DNA of 64,000 nucleotides from Octopus sinensis (lineage: Eukaryota). The first letter of the stretch is position 1. Each line of letters starts with the position of its first letter. The notes below the pieces were generated by a model that had not been told where the DNA came from, did no database searches, and worked only from the letters and a program-made list of their open reading frames with translations. The stretch lies in contig NC_042997.1 in assembly GCF_006345805.1 (NCBI RefSeq), positions 80,724,001 to 80,788,000 on the forward strand, read 5' to 3'. Below, one piece after another: positions 39,108 to 51,560 of the stretch. The translations under genes and the position numbers were made by a program.

Positions 39108-39951
39108 ATACATTAATCACATCATCGCTAACATATAAACTGAGATAGACAGCTCTCACATTTTTCATGATAATGATACATAGAATAAAAGAGGAAATAT
39201 CATGTTTTATTCATACTTTCTTCTTTAATATTAAATATTTATGTTGAGTGAAATGGCTGGTAATTGAAACTTGATCAAAGACTTGATCAAGGCTTGCTGG
39301 GTTGAACCTTACCTTTATAGTTTGGTATTTACTTTATTAATATTGCAAAAGCTTTCTAATATCAAAAGCACTGTTACTATCATTAGTGATGAATTGTTCT
39401 AGAGAAATAAAAAGAGAGGGTTGTTAAATAGAAAATGTTTATCTGTAGCCAATATACCAGTACTCTAACGACACAGCTATTTCAAACAACTGTGAAATTT
39501 GTTAGGCAATTTTGTCATCAATTTTTCATAAATATAAACTATGGTAAGCTTTAATGTGAGAAATCATAATATAAGAATGTCTATTCTGTCATCTTTATAA
39601 AAGATTGAATATATTGTGTATGCATGTGTTTTGTGAATGTATACAGTCTGCACTGTGTGCATTTGAAAGTGTATATGGATAGCTTTTGTAAAATGTGATA
39701 AGTCGAACCAATAAAATCAAAGAGAGGGTAAAAGATCCATAATAAATCTGGAAAAGGCTATTACATAAATCTCAAATATTGGCCTTCTTGAAAGGTTTTA
39801 CTCACTAAGTACTTGAGGAGTTTTGGCCAACAAACTGTAATCCTAAATGATATGGAGCTTAGGTTAAGACTGTTAAGATATCATATGTCAAAGGAAAGTA
39901 ATAATCAAATACCTTTCATTACCAACTAACGTGTATTCGTGTGTCTAAATA

Positions 39952-39999
<48 letters not shown>

Positions 40000-40843
40000 T
40001 CTTGGATTTGCCAGAAATATTCAAAGTATAGTTAAAAGCAAAAGCAATAACATTGCTTTACTATAATGGATCAATAATGCTATAACAAATGCTATTCTAT
40101 ATGGGATGCCATTATGGTCAGACTAACAGTATTGAAATTATTTGAAAGTTTTTTTGTTTTTTTTTTTTCTCTTCTCAACCTTTCATCGATACGGAAAAAT
40201 CAGTAGTAATGTTATTTTTCTATTCCTTTATTAAATGTAGAATGAGAAAAGATGAACTAAGAACCCAAATGTTCCATGAAGATAAAATGATAAAGTCTTT
40301 TTGTAAAACATAGACAAATGACAACAATACAAATAAATGGTGAGTTCCAATAATAAGAACAAAAATCATAGCAGTATGACAAATAGTTCTTTCTGTGGGA
40401 ATCTTACTGGATGCATAGCATATGAGAATAATCAATGACTTAGGTTGTAAAGGAAAATTCTTAAGTGTAGCAACAATCAAATAGTTTTATTATGACATCA
40501 GAGTTTGTGATGAGTGCATAAAGTAAAATCCTGAGAAATCAGTATAACAATCTGGTTTCAATTCTCTGCTGAAGATATTTCACAACATTTATAGCACTAA
40601 AATTCTTGAAAACAATACACAAGAGTCATACTTTGTATCAACGTAAATCAATATTCTGATAAAAGGCCCAGTGAAAATAATTTTCCTTCTACTTAACTAG
40701 TTAGGCTCCTAGTGGTATAGGACATTATTTCCAGTGTTAACAAGAGGCAAAGAAAGTGACAATATTGCAGAGTCCCTATCCAGAACATATTCTGAAATGA
40801 TGCAATTTCAATGATACCACAAAATAACAATATTATATCTCAC

Positions 40844-40874
40844 CTTTAATCAATTGGGCAACTATTAATAAATT
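40844..40874 (-). CDS. Candidate 31-nt exon (NLLIVAQLIK)
   Basis: Acceptor CCCTTCATTTCTCCAG|, donor AAG|GTGAGA, one open frame. Confidence 0.35.
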
Positions 40875-42208
40875 CTGGAGAAATGAAGGGCTAAATTGTT
40901 CCAGATGAAATAATATTCAGTCTCTTAGATACTGACTTAGAGAGTTTTCTCGGAAAGTTCACATGTTGAGATAAATCCTGGCCATCCTATGAAACATACT
41001 GACATATTTATATATTATCTAAGCCAATTTCATTAAAGGAACATTGATATATCCTTAGTTAGGCAGGTTTAATTGACTACACTTATGCAAGAAGTCTAAG
41101 GTTTGACATTTTCAAACATTAACCACCAAATGATTTACAAGGAAAACAAATTTAAAAAGTAAAAGAATTTCATAAGGTTTCACATAATTATTTCCCATAA
41201 TGTTTTTCTTTTAATCACAAACAAATAGTATTACAGAAAACATGTGTAGCATATTATTAAATAATTTCAACCCTTAGTAAATAACAAATCTAAAAATAAT
41301 TATCAATCTACCAAAAAAAGAAAGAAGAAAGAGACAAAATTAATTTATAAAAGAATATTGCTGCACAAAAATGTGACAAAGTTTGCAAGCATATAATAAA
41401 TCCACATTTAACTAAAATATATGTCAATGTATAAATCCACATTAATGACAGGCTGAACTACATCAGCCAAATAAACACTGCAGAACAAGGATAACTTATA
41501 GGACATGAAAAATTTTGGAAAACAACACACAAATCTGAATAAATACACTAAGAAACTGTCATGGAAAACTTCACTATTCTTTCATAAATCTCAATTTAGA
41601 AAGCAACAATAAGATAATCAGCTCAAAAGGTGTTGGCATCTGAAACAGATAACAATGCACTAATGGCACATATGAAATGTTTCTACACAAGAAACTGCTG
41701 CAATGTGCAAATCAAAAGATGTACAAAAGAACCAATGAAATGGGTATTCATATCTTAATGTATTCTACTTTACGGGACATAAGTCAAAGAAATTTTTATT
41801 GAAATTTATAGAATCAGTTAAGATTGTCACCTTAAAACCAGCTGACAGTTTTTCATAAATATCCATCATGGTGACATGAGTTAAAAAAGACATGCAACAC
41901 AGCATCTTTCACTTCATGTCATCTAATGCTTTTGATTTTGATCTATTTCTTAAGTGCAAAAACTCACAAATGTGCATCCTTCCACACACATCATCATCAA
42001 TTTTTAACATCCACTTTTCCATTCTTACATGGGTCTTACAGAACTCGAGGCAGATTTTCTATGTCCAGATGCCCATACTTATCTCCAAGCAAAGTTTTAC
42101 TTCCCTGGGGTTGAATACACTTTCACAGAAGATTAGAAAAAAAATACACAGCTTGTATGATGGTGATAAACATTTTAAATTATCACATGATGTCAAGACA
42201 AGGAGACA

Positions 42209-42247
<39 letters not shown>

Positions 42248-42804
42248 TAGCTTAAAAGCAGCACTCTGTGCAGACTTCTAAGCTAGCTCCTGCAGAGGGC
42301 TAATTGTGCCTGCAGTCCAAAACTAAAGAGAGCTAAATAGCATGACTATAATACATCTATAATGACAATATGTCCCAGTGGTGTTTGATCAGAGGTTAAA
42401 GGCAGATGAGAATTAATTCAGTAATGGAATCATTTTATTGTTCCAGTCCCAAATTGAATTCCAGCTGTTGGCCAATTTGTCCCAAAGTTCTTGTCTCAAT
42501 GTAATGATGAAAATGCCATTTATCTCCCACTAGATCTCTGACGTCATCTGACAAATGCCAACCAAGATGACGTGAATCAGCCAAGCTTTACCTGCTAGAA
42601 ATAGCAACCCAAATACTTTTAAATCAGATCCCAATGCTGGATGTTCAAGAACCAAATGAAGAGCAGATTTTCAATCTTGGGATCATCCTAATTCCAAAAA
42701 AGTATAATATGTCTATGTAGAGCAAATGTAGACTAAGATACAGGGGTCTCAGGCGGACACGCAGTATGTTGCTTGTATTATTATAGATATAATGCCAACA
42801 AACA

Positions 42805-43135
42805 AATGTGGCTGTGTAATAAGAACTTTGCTTCTCAACTACATGGTTCTGGGTTGACTAAATCTTTGTGAGATTTGTTAGATGGAAACTAAATAAAACC
42901 TGTTATATATTTTTGTGCGTGTTTGTGTGTCTTTGTGTTTGTCCCCACATTCACTTGACAACTGGTGTTGGTTTGCTTATGTCCCCATAACTTAGCAGCT
43001 TAGCAAGAGAACTGATAGAATATGATTCAGGTTTAAAAATGAAAGAAGTACAGGGGTTGATTTATTCAATTAAAACCCTTCAAGATGATGCCCCAGCATG
43101 GCCACGGCCAAATGAATGAAACAAATAAAATATAA
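42805..43135 (+). mobile_element. SINE family 1, internally deleted
   Basis: Collinear with 2549-2921. Confidence 0.75.
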
Positions 43136-44609
43136 CAGATATACACACAAGTATGTGCGCGCACATGATTGGCTTCTTTCAGTTTCCTTCTACTAAATTA
43201 CAAGGCTTTGGTTAGCAAGAGACTATGGTAGAAAATACTTGCTCAGGGTACCACCCAAGGTCTTTTGCCATAGGCTGGCCACAGCCTTGCCAGTTGAATA
43301 TAACAATATGCATTCACTCACACATTATATATATCAATAAACGTAATCATCTTTATTTTATACATCAATCAATTTCTAAATGCTCATTAATGTACAGGTG
43401 TGCTTAACTTTTTACCCATCTAAAATACCTTCATTACTCTATATATAATTGCCCCCAATTCTTTTTACAGCCTTGAGGTCTCACAATTTTTACATGTACC
43501 TCATATGTCTGCCTCCACAGAGAGAGAGAGAAAGAGAGAGAGTGTGGGATTCCTTATTGCCAACAAAACATCAGTTCTCTGAGGGAGCTTTGAAATACTA
43601 GAAATAGCAGTTAAACTTCCCTTAAATAACAGAAGATACATTGATTATACAGGCATAGTGGTCATAAGATCTGCAAAGCAAACAACAGCAACAATTCTCT
43701 GAATTATTTCCCTCCATCTCAAATCTATTCTTGCTCTAACATTTCTTCTACTTTCAACAAGCCATAATTACATAGCAGTGTGTCTGTTCATAACATTTAC
43801 TACTCCAGTGCATTTGGTGCACCTAAAGTTTTGATTCCCTATCAGTCTACCAGAGATCACAAAGCAGTATTTGTGTAACCATTTTACACATCATTGAATT
43901 TCTGTTTAATCTCATTCTGCATGATAAGGCAGGCCAATTTAAATGATATTTAAATATGCAGTTTCCATAATCTTGTCTGCTATCATTTCTATGCTATCTT
44001 TATATTTTTTTCTAAAACTATTTTCTATCTTTGATTCTCACCAAGCTTCTTGGTTTATCCAAATTCCCTTCCTCATAATCACATTAATATTTACAAATGT
44101 CGCAAACCTATTCAATTTCAGATTATATTATCCTGCTATTTTCACAGTTATATTGTTAACTACTTTTAATACACTTATTATAGCTATGTAATAAATATTT
44201 GTATTTCAAATGAGAATATAGAATCTTGAGAAAGTTCAACTAAAAATTATACTATCACTAACACTATGTGACTAAACAATTTTCATTTGCAATAACAGTT
44301 TACAGATTTATTCTCATAATAAAAACTGATAAATTAGCATTTAGAATGAATCTTAAATTACTACAAATTATTATTTGATCAACATTTTCACAAACGAGTA
44401 GTACTAATCACCACTATTAAAGAAGAACTAAAATATATTACTATAAACATATCATTGTCAGCTGAAAGAATATATAGCAAAGTGGATTCAAATTAATTGA
44501 AAGATAAGCAGTAATGGAAAATATTGTAAGTTTATCTACTGAAATAACAAATGTAAATAAAATATCTTTTTGAATATCAATACCACTTCTGACTATGACA
44601 CACACACAC

Positions 44610-44682
<73 letters not shown>

Positions 44683-46074
44683 TGGTATTAGTGTTTTTTT
44701 TTTCCAATATGATATTAGTGTTTTTTATGGTTTGTACAGTTTACCACTTGATCAGATTTCAAACTCTGAAAACCAATCTTAGTAGACTAAATTGCTAAAT
44801 TAAGGACACACACTTCCATGAAAATAATTGCTCTAAAAGTTTAACTTTTATGATGAGTGGGAACTGAAGATTCCTATTAATCAAGAAGAGGAGCAGTCTG
44901 AGATAAATAGCATTTGAGTCAAGCTATTATTATTGGTAATTTACAATGTTATCAAAATCCTGTATATAAAATGACTACAAGTCTTTCATTTATCCAATAT
45001 ATCAAAATTAGTATTCAAAATGAAAACGATCAAATGCTGTCTAATGAATAAAATTCAAATTTATAAAGTATACAGACTGAATAGCAAACAAATATAAACA
45101 GAAAAAAAATGTAGCCTGACTAACTCCACACTAATAAGAAATGGAATTTGGTAAAACAGGAAAACACTTGAGGTTGAGATTCAATGTAAAGATAACTATA
45201 GAAAAAATACATTAAAAAATTAAAATCATAATGAAATTTTTACCTTTACTTGTCATCTACCCCTCCCCCATGAAAAATGATGTCAAAGAAATGTTTACAT
45301 CAGACACTTACATGAAAAGGTGCAATACTTTAACTGAATAAATCTGGGCCCTATTTTCTTCTGAAGCAGTTGAGATATGCTAGCTAATTAATATTAGTTG
45401 ACATCAATTACTTAAATTAATGCTTTGGGATTTGATGATATAATGTAAGAATAACATCTCTTATGAAATCTATATGAATTCATAAGCTAACATATTCTTT
45501 CCTGACAGTAGAAATTACAGAAAAGCAAAAAAATCATAAAAAATAGAGTTAAGAATAAAATGAAATTATACACAACCAATTCTAATGAGAAATTACATGG
45601 TATCAAACCTCAAGTAAGAGATAGAGCAAAATATTTTTAGAGTTTTGAGAAAGATATTCTGCTTGTATATACGATTATTAATATCTCATGAATTGCAGAA
45701 AACATCAAGATAGTATGAATGAGTGCCATATATAGTTTCATGTATATATATGTGTGTGTGTACATACATAAATCAAAGCTTAACACTTTTCACACACAAA
45801 AGGAAATGATTATAAAGAAGTGTCTCTATAATTTTGTTCTCTTGTGTAAAACATTACATAGACGTTTGTTTTATAACATCCATTTTTCTATGCTATCATG
45901 GGTTACATAAATATATTACAGAGGCATTGTTTTGAAGCTAGAGGACCTTCATGTCATTAACTCTTATTTCACTCATCTTCAAAGGCATGAAGTAAACAGA
46001 TGATCTGTTGACAGTGTTGTCTATAGTTCACAACTTTTGTAGAGTGCAAAAGCACACACACACACACTACACAT

Positions 46075-46250
46075 ATGCATACATATCACAGGCCTTTTAC
46101 TGTTTCCATCTACCAAATCCACTAAAAAGGCTTTGGTCTGCCTGGGGCTATTGTAAAAGACATTTGTGTCTGGTCCAACAGAGTGGGACAGAAATTGGAG
46201 ACCATATGGTTGCAAAGTGAATTTCTTAACCCCACACTTATGCATGCGCA
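46075..46250 (-). mobile_element. SINE family 1, 5' half
   Basis: Reverse complement of head and core. Confidence 0.7.
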
Positions 46251-46343
46251 CACACACACACACACACATACATACACACATTGTTTTAATATCACTATTT
46301 TCCATGGTGACAGTTTGGTTGGATCTACATCATAGCAGATTAC

Positions 46344-46375
46344 CACTAAACTCAGTCTCTGTAAGGCTTGATATC
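46344..46375 (-). CDS. Candidate 32-nt exon (YQALQRLSLV)
   Basis: Acceptor TTTGTGTTTGTGTGTAG|, donor GTG|GTAATC; two open frames. Confidence 0.2.
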
Positions 46376-46574
46376 CTACACACAAACACAAAATTTAACA
46401 AGGAATGATTAAACAGAAAAAACAAGATTTAGTTTGCGTAGCATAAAAAAAGGTGCAACATGTAATGTTAAATCAAAGGAATGAATAATACAAACTCTCA
46501 AAAACATTACTGTATTTTGGCTAAGAACAAGCCTATTTTTTTCAAGCTAAGCATTCAATCAAATAAATCTAACA

Positions 46575-46770
46575 AAGACATTGGAACAAGGCACGAGCTC
46601 TTCTCTCCATTTTTGCCTGTCATCAACCAGTCTCAAGTCATCCACCACCTTCCTCCCTGTCTATTCCTTAATGTTGCTCAAACACCTACCTCATCATCTT
46701 TTTAGTACATTTGTTAGTAGTTGCATGCCAGGGTGTTGTAACATGTCCAAACCCTCCCATTTTCTGTCTT
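46575..46770 (-). mobile_element. Old RTE-like ORF2 C-terminal fragment
   Basis: Degenerate traces of the FGHV and DRQKWRE motifs. Confidence 0.45.
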
Positions 46771-46859
46771 GACAACAATTTTTTAAAAAATGGAAAATTT
46801 GATCAAAACGTGTGAAAAACTGAACCAAAAATAAATCCAATAAAGTATCCAAAATCTAC

Positions 46860-47005
46860 ATATCACATGCCTTTTCTTGTTTACATCTACCAAATCCATT
46901 CACAAGCCTAGAGCTATAGAAGACACTTCCTTAAAGTGTCACACACTGGAAATGAACCTGAAACCGTGTGGTTACAAATTAACTTCTTAATCCCACAGCT
47001 ACACG
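46860..47005 (-). mobile_element. SINE family 1 fragment
   Basis: Reverse complement of head and core. Confidence 0.65.
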
Positions 47006-49175
47006 TTTTAAAATGAAAGACATGTCCTAAATATTTTATTGCTAACAATGAGGGTATAAAAGCTGTTTGTTGTAGAATATGTCTGAGAATATTAATAGAA
47101 GGGATTAAAAGGGTTTTGTTTCACTGACCCTTCTTACCCAAACTAACAAACCACTAAAGAAAAGCTTCCCAACTAAAGAACTTGTGCTTACCATTTAAAT
47201 GCAATTAACAGCAACCAATAATTTTAAAACCTGACATTTGTAAAATTATTTTTTAAAAAAGTCATTTATTTGAATTGAAAGTAAATACCTTAAGAGCGGG
47301 TTGATTTAAGAACTAAAAAAATATAGATGTTAATCATTATTTCTCAGTTTTTAAATCTAAAAATTACCTTTTGGATAATCTAACTTTAAACAGAATGATT
47401 TTCTTGAAAGTGTATGCATATAGGAAAGAAAATAGATGCTCAAATCTAATATCAAATGTCTAAGCAGAAACTACCAAAATATAATACAGGATGATGATGA
47501 TGATGAAATAAATATGATAATTAGTTGCCTGCTGAAATCAGACAAATATGAACAATGGAAATTAAGATAATGTAATAAACCCTTTTAAAACAATGTGCTG
47601 CTATTGATTTCTGATATCAATAGAGTAACTGATGCCAAATAACTTGCCTCAGTAATAGTTGACTAAGTACGGAACTTTCAAATTAAAACAGCATGAGAAA
47701 ATAGTGGGTTTTATTTCAAGCTCTGTGGCATTTTAGCAATACTAAACAGAATAAGCTATTTTAAAATATTAGCAAAACCTATGGTTTCTTTCACTTTTGC
47801 ACTGATCCCCTAATCACAAGAAAAAAGTGAAAAAAAAAAAAAAAATCACTGAAACCAGATTTCAATCAGCATTGAATATTTTAACTTAGAAAAGTAACAG
47901 ATAATGCTAAATAATGACAATTAACTCATTAATATGAAATTTGTTTTGAAAATAACTACATATTTAATTAGCAAAAGATATCTTGTATGTTTTATATCTT
48001 ATTTTCCATACTGGTACGACTGGGATAAGCTTGTATATGTGAAAATTTATGTGTAATTTGGGAGATTGAGGAAAATAGCATCCTGTTTCATCAAAGGATG
48101 CAACACAATACCTCTGTCACTCCCACTGAAAATATTAACATGATTAACATAGTTCATTCATTCAAAACTACACTCTATCTCTTTCATTGTCATTGCCTTT
48201 TTTTTTTTATTCTTAATACTTTCTACTTTACTAAACCCGTAAGTAGTGAAAATTGAATCTGACCATGAAAATATTTTAATTAAATATTAAAAAAGAAAAT
48301 AGTTTGTTGGCTGTCTACTTGCCTGACAGTGAACAAGTACAGGTAATAAAGTAAATGGAATGATAACATGGTAGGACTTGAGCACATATGTGAATCTGCT
48401 CTGAAGGAATCAGCTGACTGAACAGAACTATGATCAAAGACATTTCAGCTGGAAGCAATCTGTCTGTCTTTTTCATAAAGTAGGGTGTGAATTCAACGAA
48501 ATTTGGCAACTATTTCTAGTACATCAAACAACTTCACAGATGTACTTCCATTGGTCTATCACCTTTGTATTTCTCAACAGTGAAATGAGTTTTAAATGAC
48601 AAAAGTGAAGAAGCAAAACCTCTTATAGAGTTTCTCAAAACTAAGAAATGCAATCAAGAAATTACAGAAATATAATTATGCATATGTACACATCAAAATA
48701 ATGCTTTCAGAGAATAGCAGTGAGATTATATTATGATACAGAGTGATATGACCAGTATTAGACTTTTAAAAAAAGTGCTATGCTGTTAAGATCACAATCT
48801 GTAAGAAAGTAAAAGAGAAAACAGCAGAGAAGAAACCAATTATAGTAATTTTCAATAACAACCTTCATTATTCTGCATTTCATTTTACTAATATTAATAA
48901 AGTAACTCCCTCTAGATTCTACAGAAAAAAGCTTTCTTTCAGCAGGGTAGAATTCATTGGTGCCAACTGAAAATTGTTTACTAAATGTTTTATTTCTTGC
49001 TCCACATTCAATGTAGTGAAATTTAACCAATATTTTCAATCTTGGTTCTACACTTTAATTCACTTTGCTGCCTTAGAATCATGAAAACCACAGGTCCACA
49101 TATCACCTTCACTTGTATATTGAACATGCATTGCTCAGGAATTATCTCCTTTTCTAACATAACTTTTCACACACA

Positions 49176-51272
49176 TAACCTAGTCACCCGTATAGTCAAC
49201 CAGGTGATACACGAAGGAGTCATACCCAATGACTGGTGTAGCAGCATACTAGTCAACTGCTACAAAGGTAAAGGTGATGCCCTGGATACAAATAATTACA
49301 GAGGTATCAAGCTGTTGGATCAGGTAATGAAGGTTACGGAGAGGGTCATAGCCCAACTAATTAGAGAGAGTTAGTTTAGATGAGATGCAGTTTGGGTTTG
49401 TCTCAGGGAAAAGCACCACTGATGCTATATTCCTGGTAAGGCAGCTGCAGGAGAAATACCTAGCCAAAGATAAGCCCCTGTACCTGGCTTTCGTTGACAT
49501 GGAGAAAGCCTTTGATAGGGTCCCCCGATCCCTCATCTGGTGGTCAATGAGGAAACTAGGGATAGATGAATGGCTGGTGAGGGCTGTGCAAGCCATGTAC
49601 AGAGATGCCGTATGTAAGGTTAGAGTTGGCAACATGTACACAGAAGAATTCAAAGTAGAGGTTGGGGTCCACCAGGGTTCAGTACTCAGCCCCCTCCTAT
49701 TTATCATAGTCCTCCAGGCAATAACGGAGGAATTCAAGACAGGTTGCCCCTGGGAGCTCCTCTATGCTGACGACCTCGCTCTAATCGCTGAGTCATTATC
49801 AGAACTGGAGGAGAAGTTCCAGGTGTGGAAGGAGGGTTTAGAATCGAGGGGCCTTAGAGTCAACCTAGCTAAAACCAAAGAACTAATAAGTAGAAAGGTA
49901 GAAAATCCACAAATATCCTCAGGAAGATGGCCCTGCTCGATCTGTAGAAAAGGTGTAGGTAGAAACTCTATAAGATGTACCCAGTGTAAGCTATGGACAC
50001 ATAAGAGGTGCAGCAATGTCAAAGGTAGGCTAACTGGGAAGATAGTTTTTGTATGTGGCAGATGCTCTGGAGCATTGACCTCCGAAAATCTGCAGAAAAC
50101 AACTTCCGTCACTTTCCGGGGGGAAAAACTAGAAGTTGTTGATAGCTTCCGCTATCTAGGTGACCAAGTCAGTAGTGGGGGTGGGTGCGCTGAAAGTGTA
50201 ACTGCTAGAATAAGAATAGCCTGGGCAAAGTTTAGGGAGCTCTTACCTCTGCTGGTGACTAAAGGCCTCTCATTCAGAGTAAAAGGCAGACTGTATGATG
50301 CATGTGTACGAACAGCCATGCTACATGGCAGTGAAACATGGGCCGTGACTGCTGAGGACATGCGTAAGCTCGTGAGGAACGAAGCCAGTATGCTCCGATG
50401 GATGTGTAATGTCAGTGTACTTACTCGACAGAGCGTTAGTACCTTGAGAGAAATGTTGTACCTAAGAAGCATCAGTTGTTGTGTGCAAGAGAGACGATTG
50501 CGCTGGTATGGTCATGTGGCGAGAATGGATGAAGATAGGTGTGTGAGAAAGTGCCAATCCCTAGCAGTTGAGGGAACCCGTGGAAGAGGTAGACCCAGGA
50601 AAACCTGGGACGAGGTGGTGAAGCACGACCTTCGGACGTTAGGTCTCACCATGGGAATGACTAGAGACCGAGACCTATGGAAGTATGCTGTGCGTGAGAA
50701 GACCCAGCAAGACTAGTGAAGCCATAATCCGTGGCCCCTACCTGGGACGTAGTCAGTCCACCTGTGCATACCTTCCTTCTTGTGACACTTGTGAAGACCT
50801 GTTGAGGCAAGTGAGAATCGAATCGAATCAAATCAAATCAAATCGAACCAAATCAAAATAGATGAACATCAATGGAATTTGTATCCTTGTGGTACCAGTG
50901 CCGGTGGCACATAAGAAAACCATCCGAACGTGACCGTAGCAAGTACCGCAACGACTGGCCTCCGTGCTGAGGGCATGTAACAAACACCATCCGAGCGTGG
51001 CCGTCCGCCAGCCTCGTCTGGCACCTGTGTCGGTGGCACATAAAAAACACCATCCGAGCGTGGCCATCTGCCAGCCTCGTCTGGCACCTGTGTCGGTGGC
51101 ACATAAAATCACCCACTACACTCTCGGAGTGGTTGGCGTTAGGAAGGGCATCCAGCTGTAGAAACACTGCCAGATCTGACTGGCCTGGTGCAGCCTCCAG
51201 GCTTGCCAGACCCCAGTTGAACCGTCCAACCCATGCTAGCATGGAAAGCGGACGTTAAACGATGATGATGAT
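49176..51272 (+). mobile_element. Young 5'-truncated RTE-clade LINE (~2.1 kb)
   Basis: RT-to-C-terminus coding region, 3' UTR with (AAATC/GAATC)n and two 63-bp units (starting 50985 and 51048), (GAT)n end. Confidence 0.97.
49385..50716 (+). CDS. RTE ORF2 reverse transcriptase and C-terminal part (443 aa open); in-frame partner upstream of a 2-bp deletion at about 49370
   Basis: Motifs AFVDMEKAFDRV, GVHQGSVLSPLLF, LLYADDL, FRYLG, RLRWYGHV. The upstream frame carries IPNDW...YKGKGD...NYRGIKLL. Confidence 0.9.
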   Translation: MQFGFVSGKSTTDAIFLVRQLQEKYLAKDKPLYLAFVDMEKAFDRVPRSLIWWSMRKLGIDEWLVRAVQAMYRDAVCKVRVGNMYTEEFKVEVGVHQGSVLSPLLFIIVLQAITEEFKTGCPWELLYADDLALIAESLSELEEKFQVWKEGLESRGLRVNLAKTKELISRKVENPQISSGRWPCSICRKGVGRNSIRCTQCKLWTHKRCSNVKGRLTGKIVFVCGRCSGALTSENLQKTTSVTFRGEKLEVVDSFRYLGDQVSSGGGCAESVTARIRIAWAKFRELLPLLVTKGLSFRVKGRLYDACVRTAMLHGSETWAVTAEDMRKLVRNEASMLRWMCNVSVLTRQSVSTLREMLYLRSISCCVQERRLRWYGHVARMDEDRCVRKCQSLAVEGTRGRGRPRKTWDEVVKHDLRTLGLTMGMTRDRDLWKYAVREKTQQD

Positions 51273-51499
51273 TCACATCAGACATACTAAACGTATATAT
51301 ATTTTATAAAATAAATTTATATTTTATTATACATGCACTGAATGTGTGTGTGTGTGTATATATATATATTTTCACTATTACAGCCAACGAATCTAGTCAA
51401 CGCACAAGACAGCCATTATGCTGTCCCCCACAAAATACCACCATGTGAACTCTGTTGAGACTAGTAAGAAACAATTATGAACTTTTTTATTACACTTAC

Positions 51500-51560
51500 C
51501 TTTTAAAAATATTTTTGATACGGTTCGTTTTTTCAAGAAGAACCGAAACATGTAAAATCT
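51500..51560 (-). CDS. Candidate 61-nt exon (RFYMFRFFLKKRTVSKIFLK or ILHVSVLLEKTNRIKNIFK)
   Basis: Strong acceptor TTTTAATTTTCTTAG|, consensus donor AAG|GTAAGT, locally CpG-retaining sequence. Confidence 0.45.

Noticed and set aside
39313-39355. Candidate exon with AAG|GTAAGG donor
   Set aside because: Stops in all three frames.
50828-51242. Short ORFs with internal repeats
   Set aside because: RTE 3' UTR 63-bp units; non-coding.
49160-51290. Target-site duplication for the young RTE
   Set aside because: Flanks share only TTCACA with gaps; not convincing.
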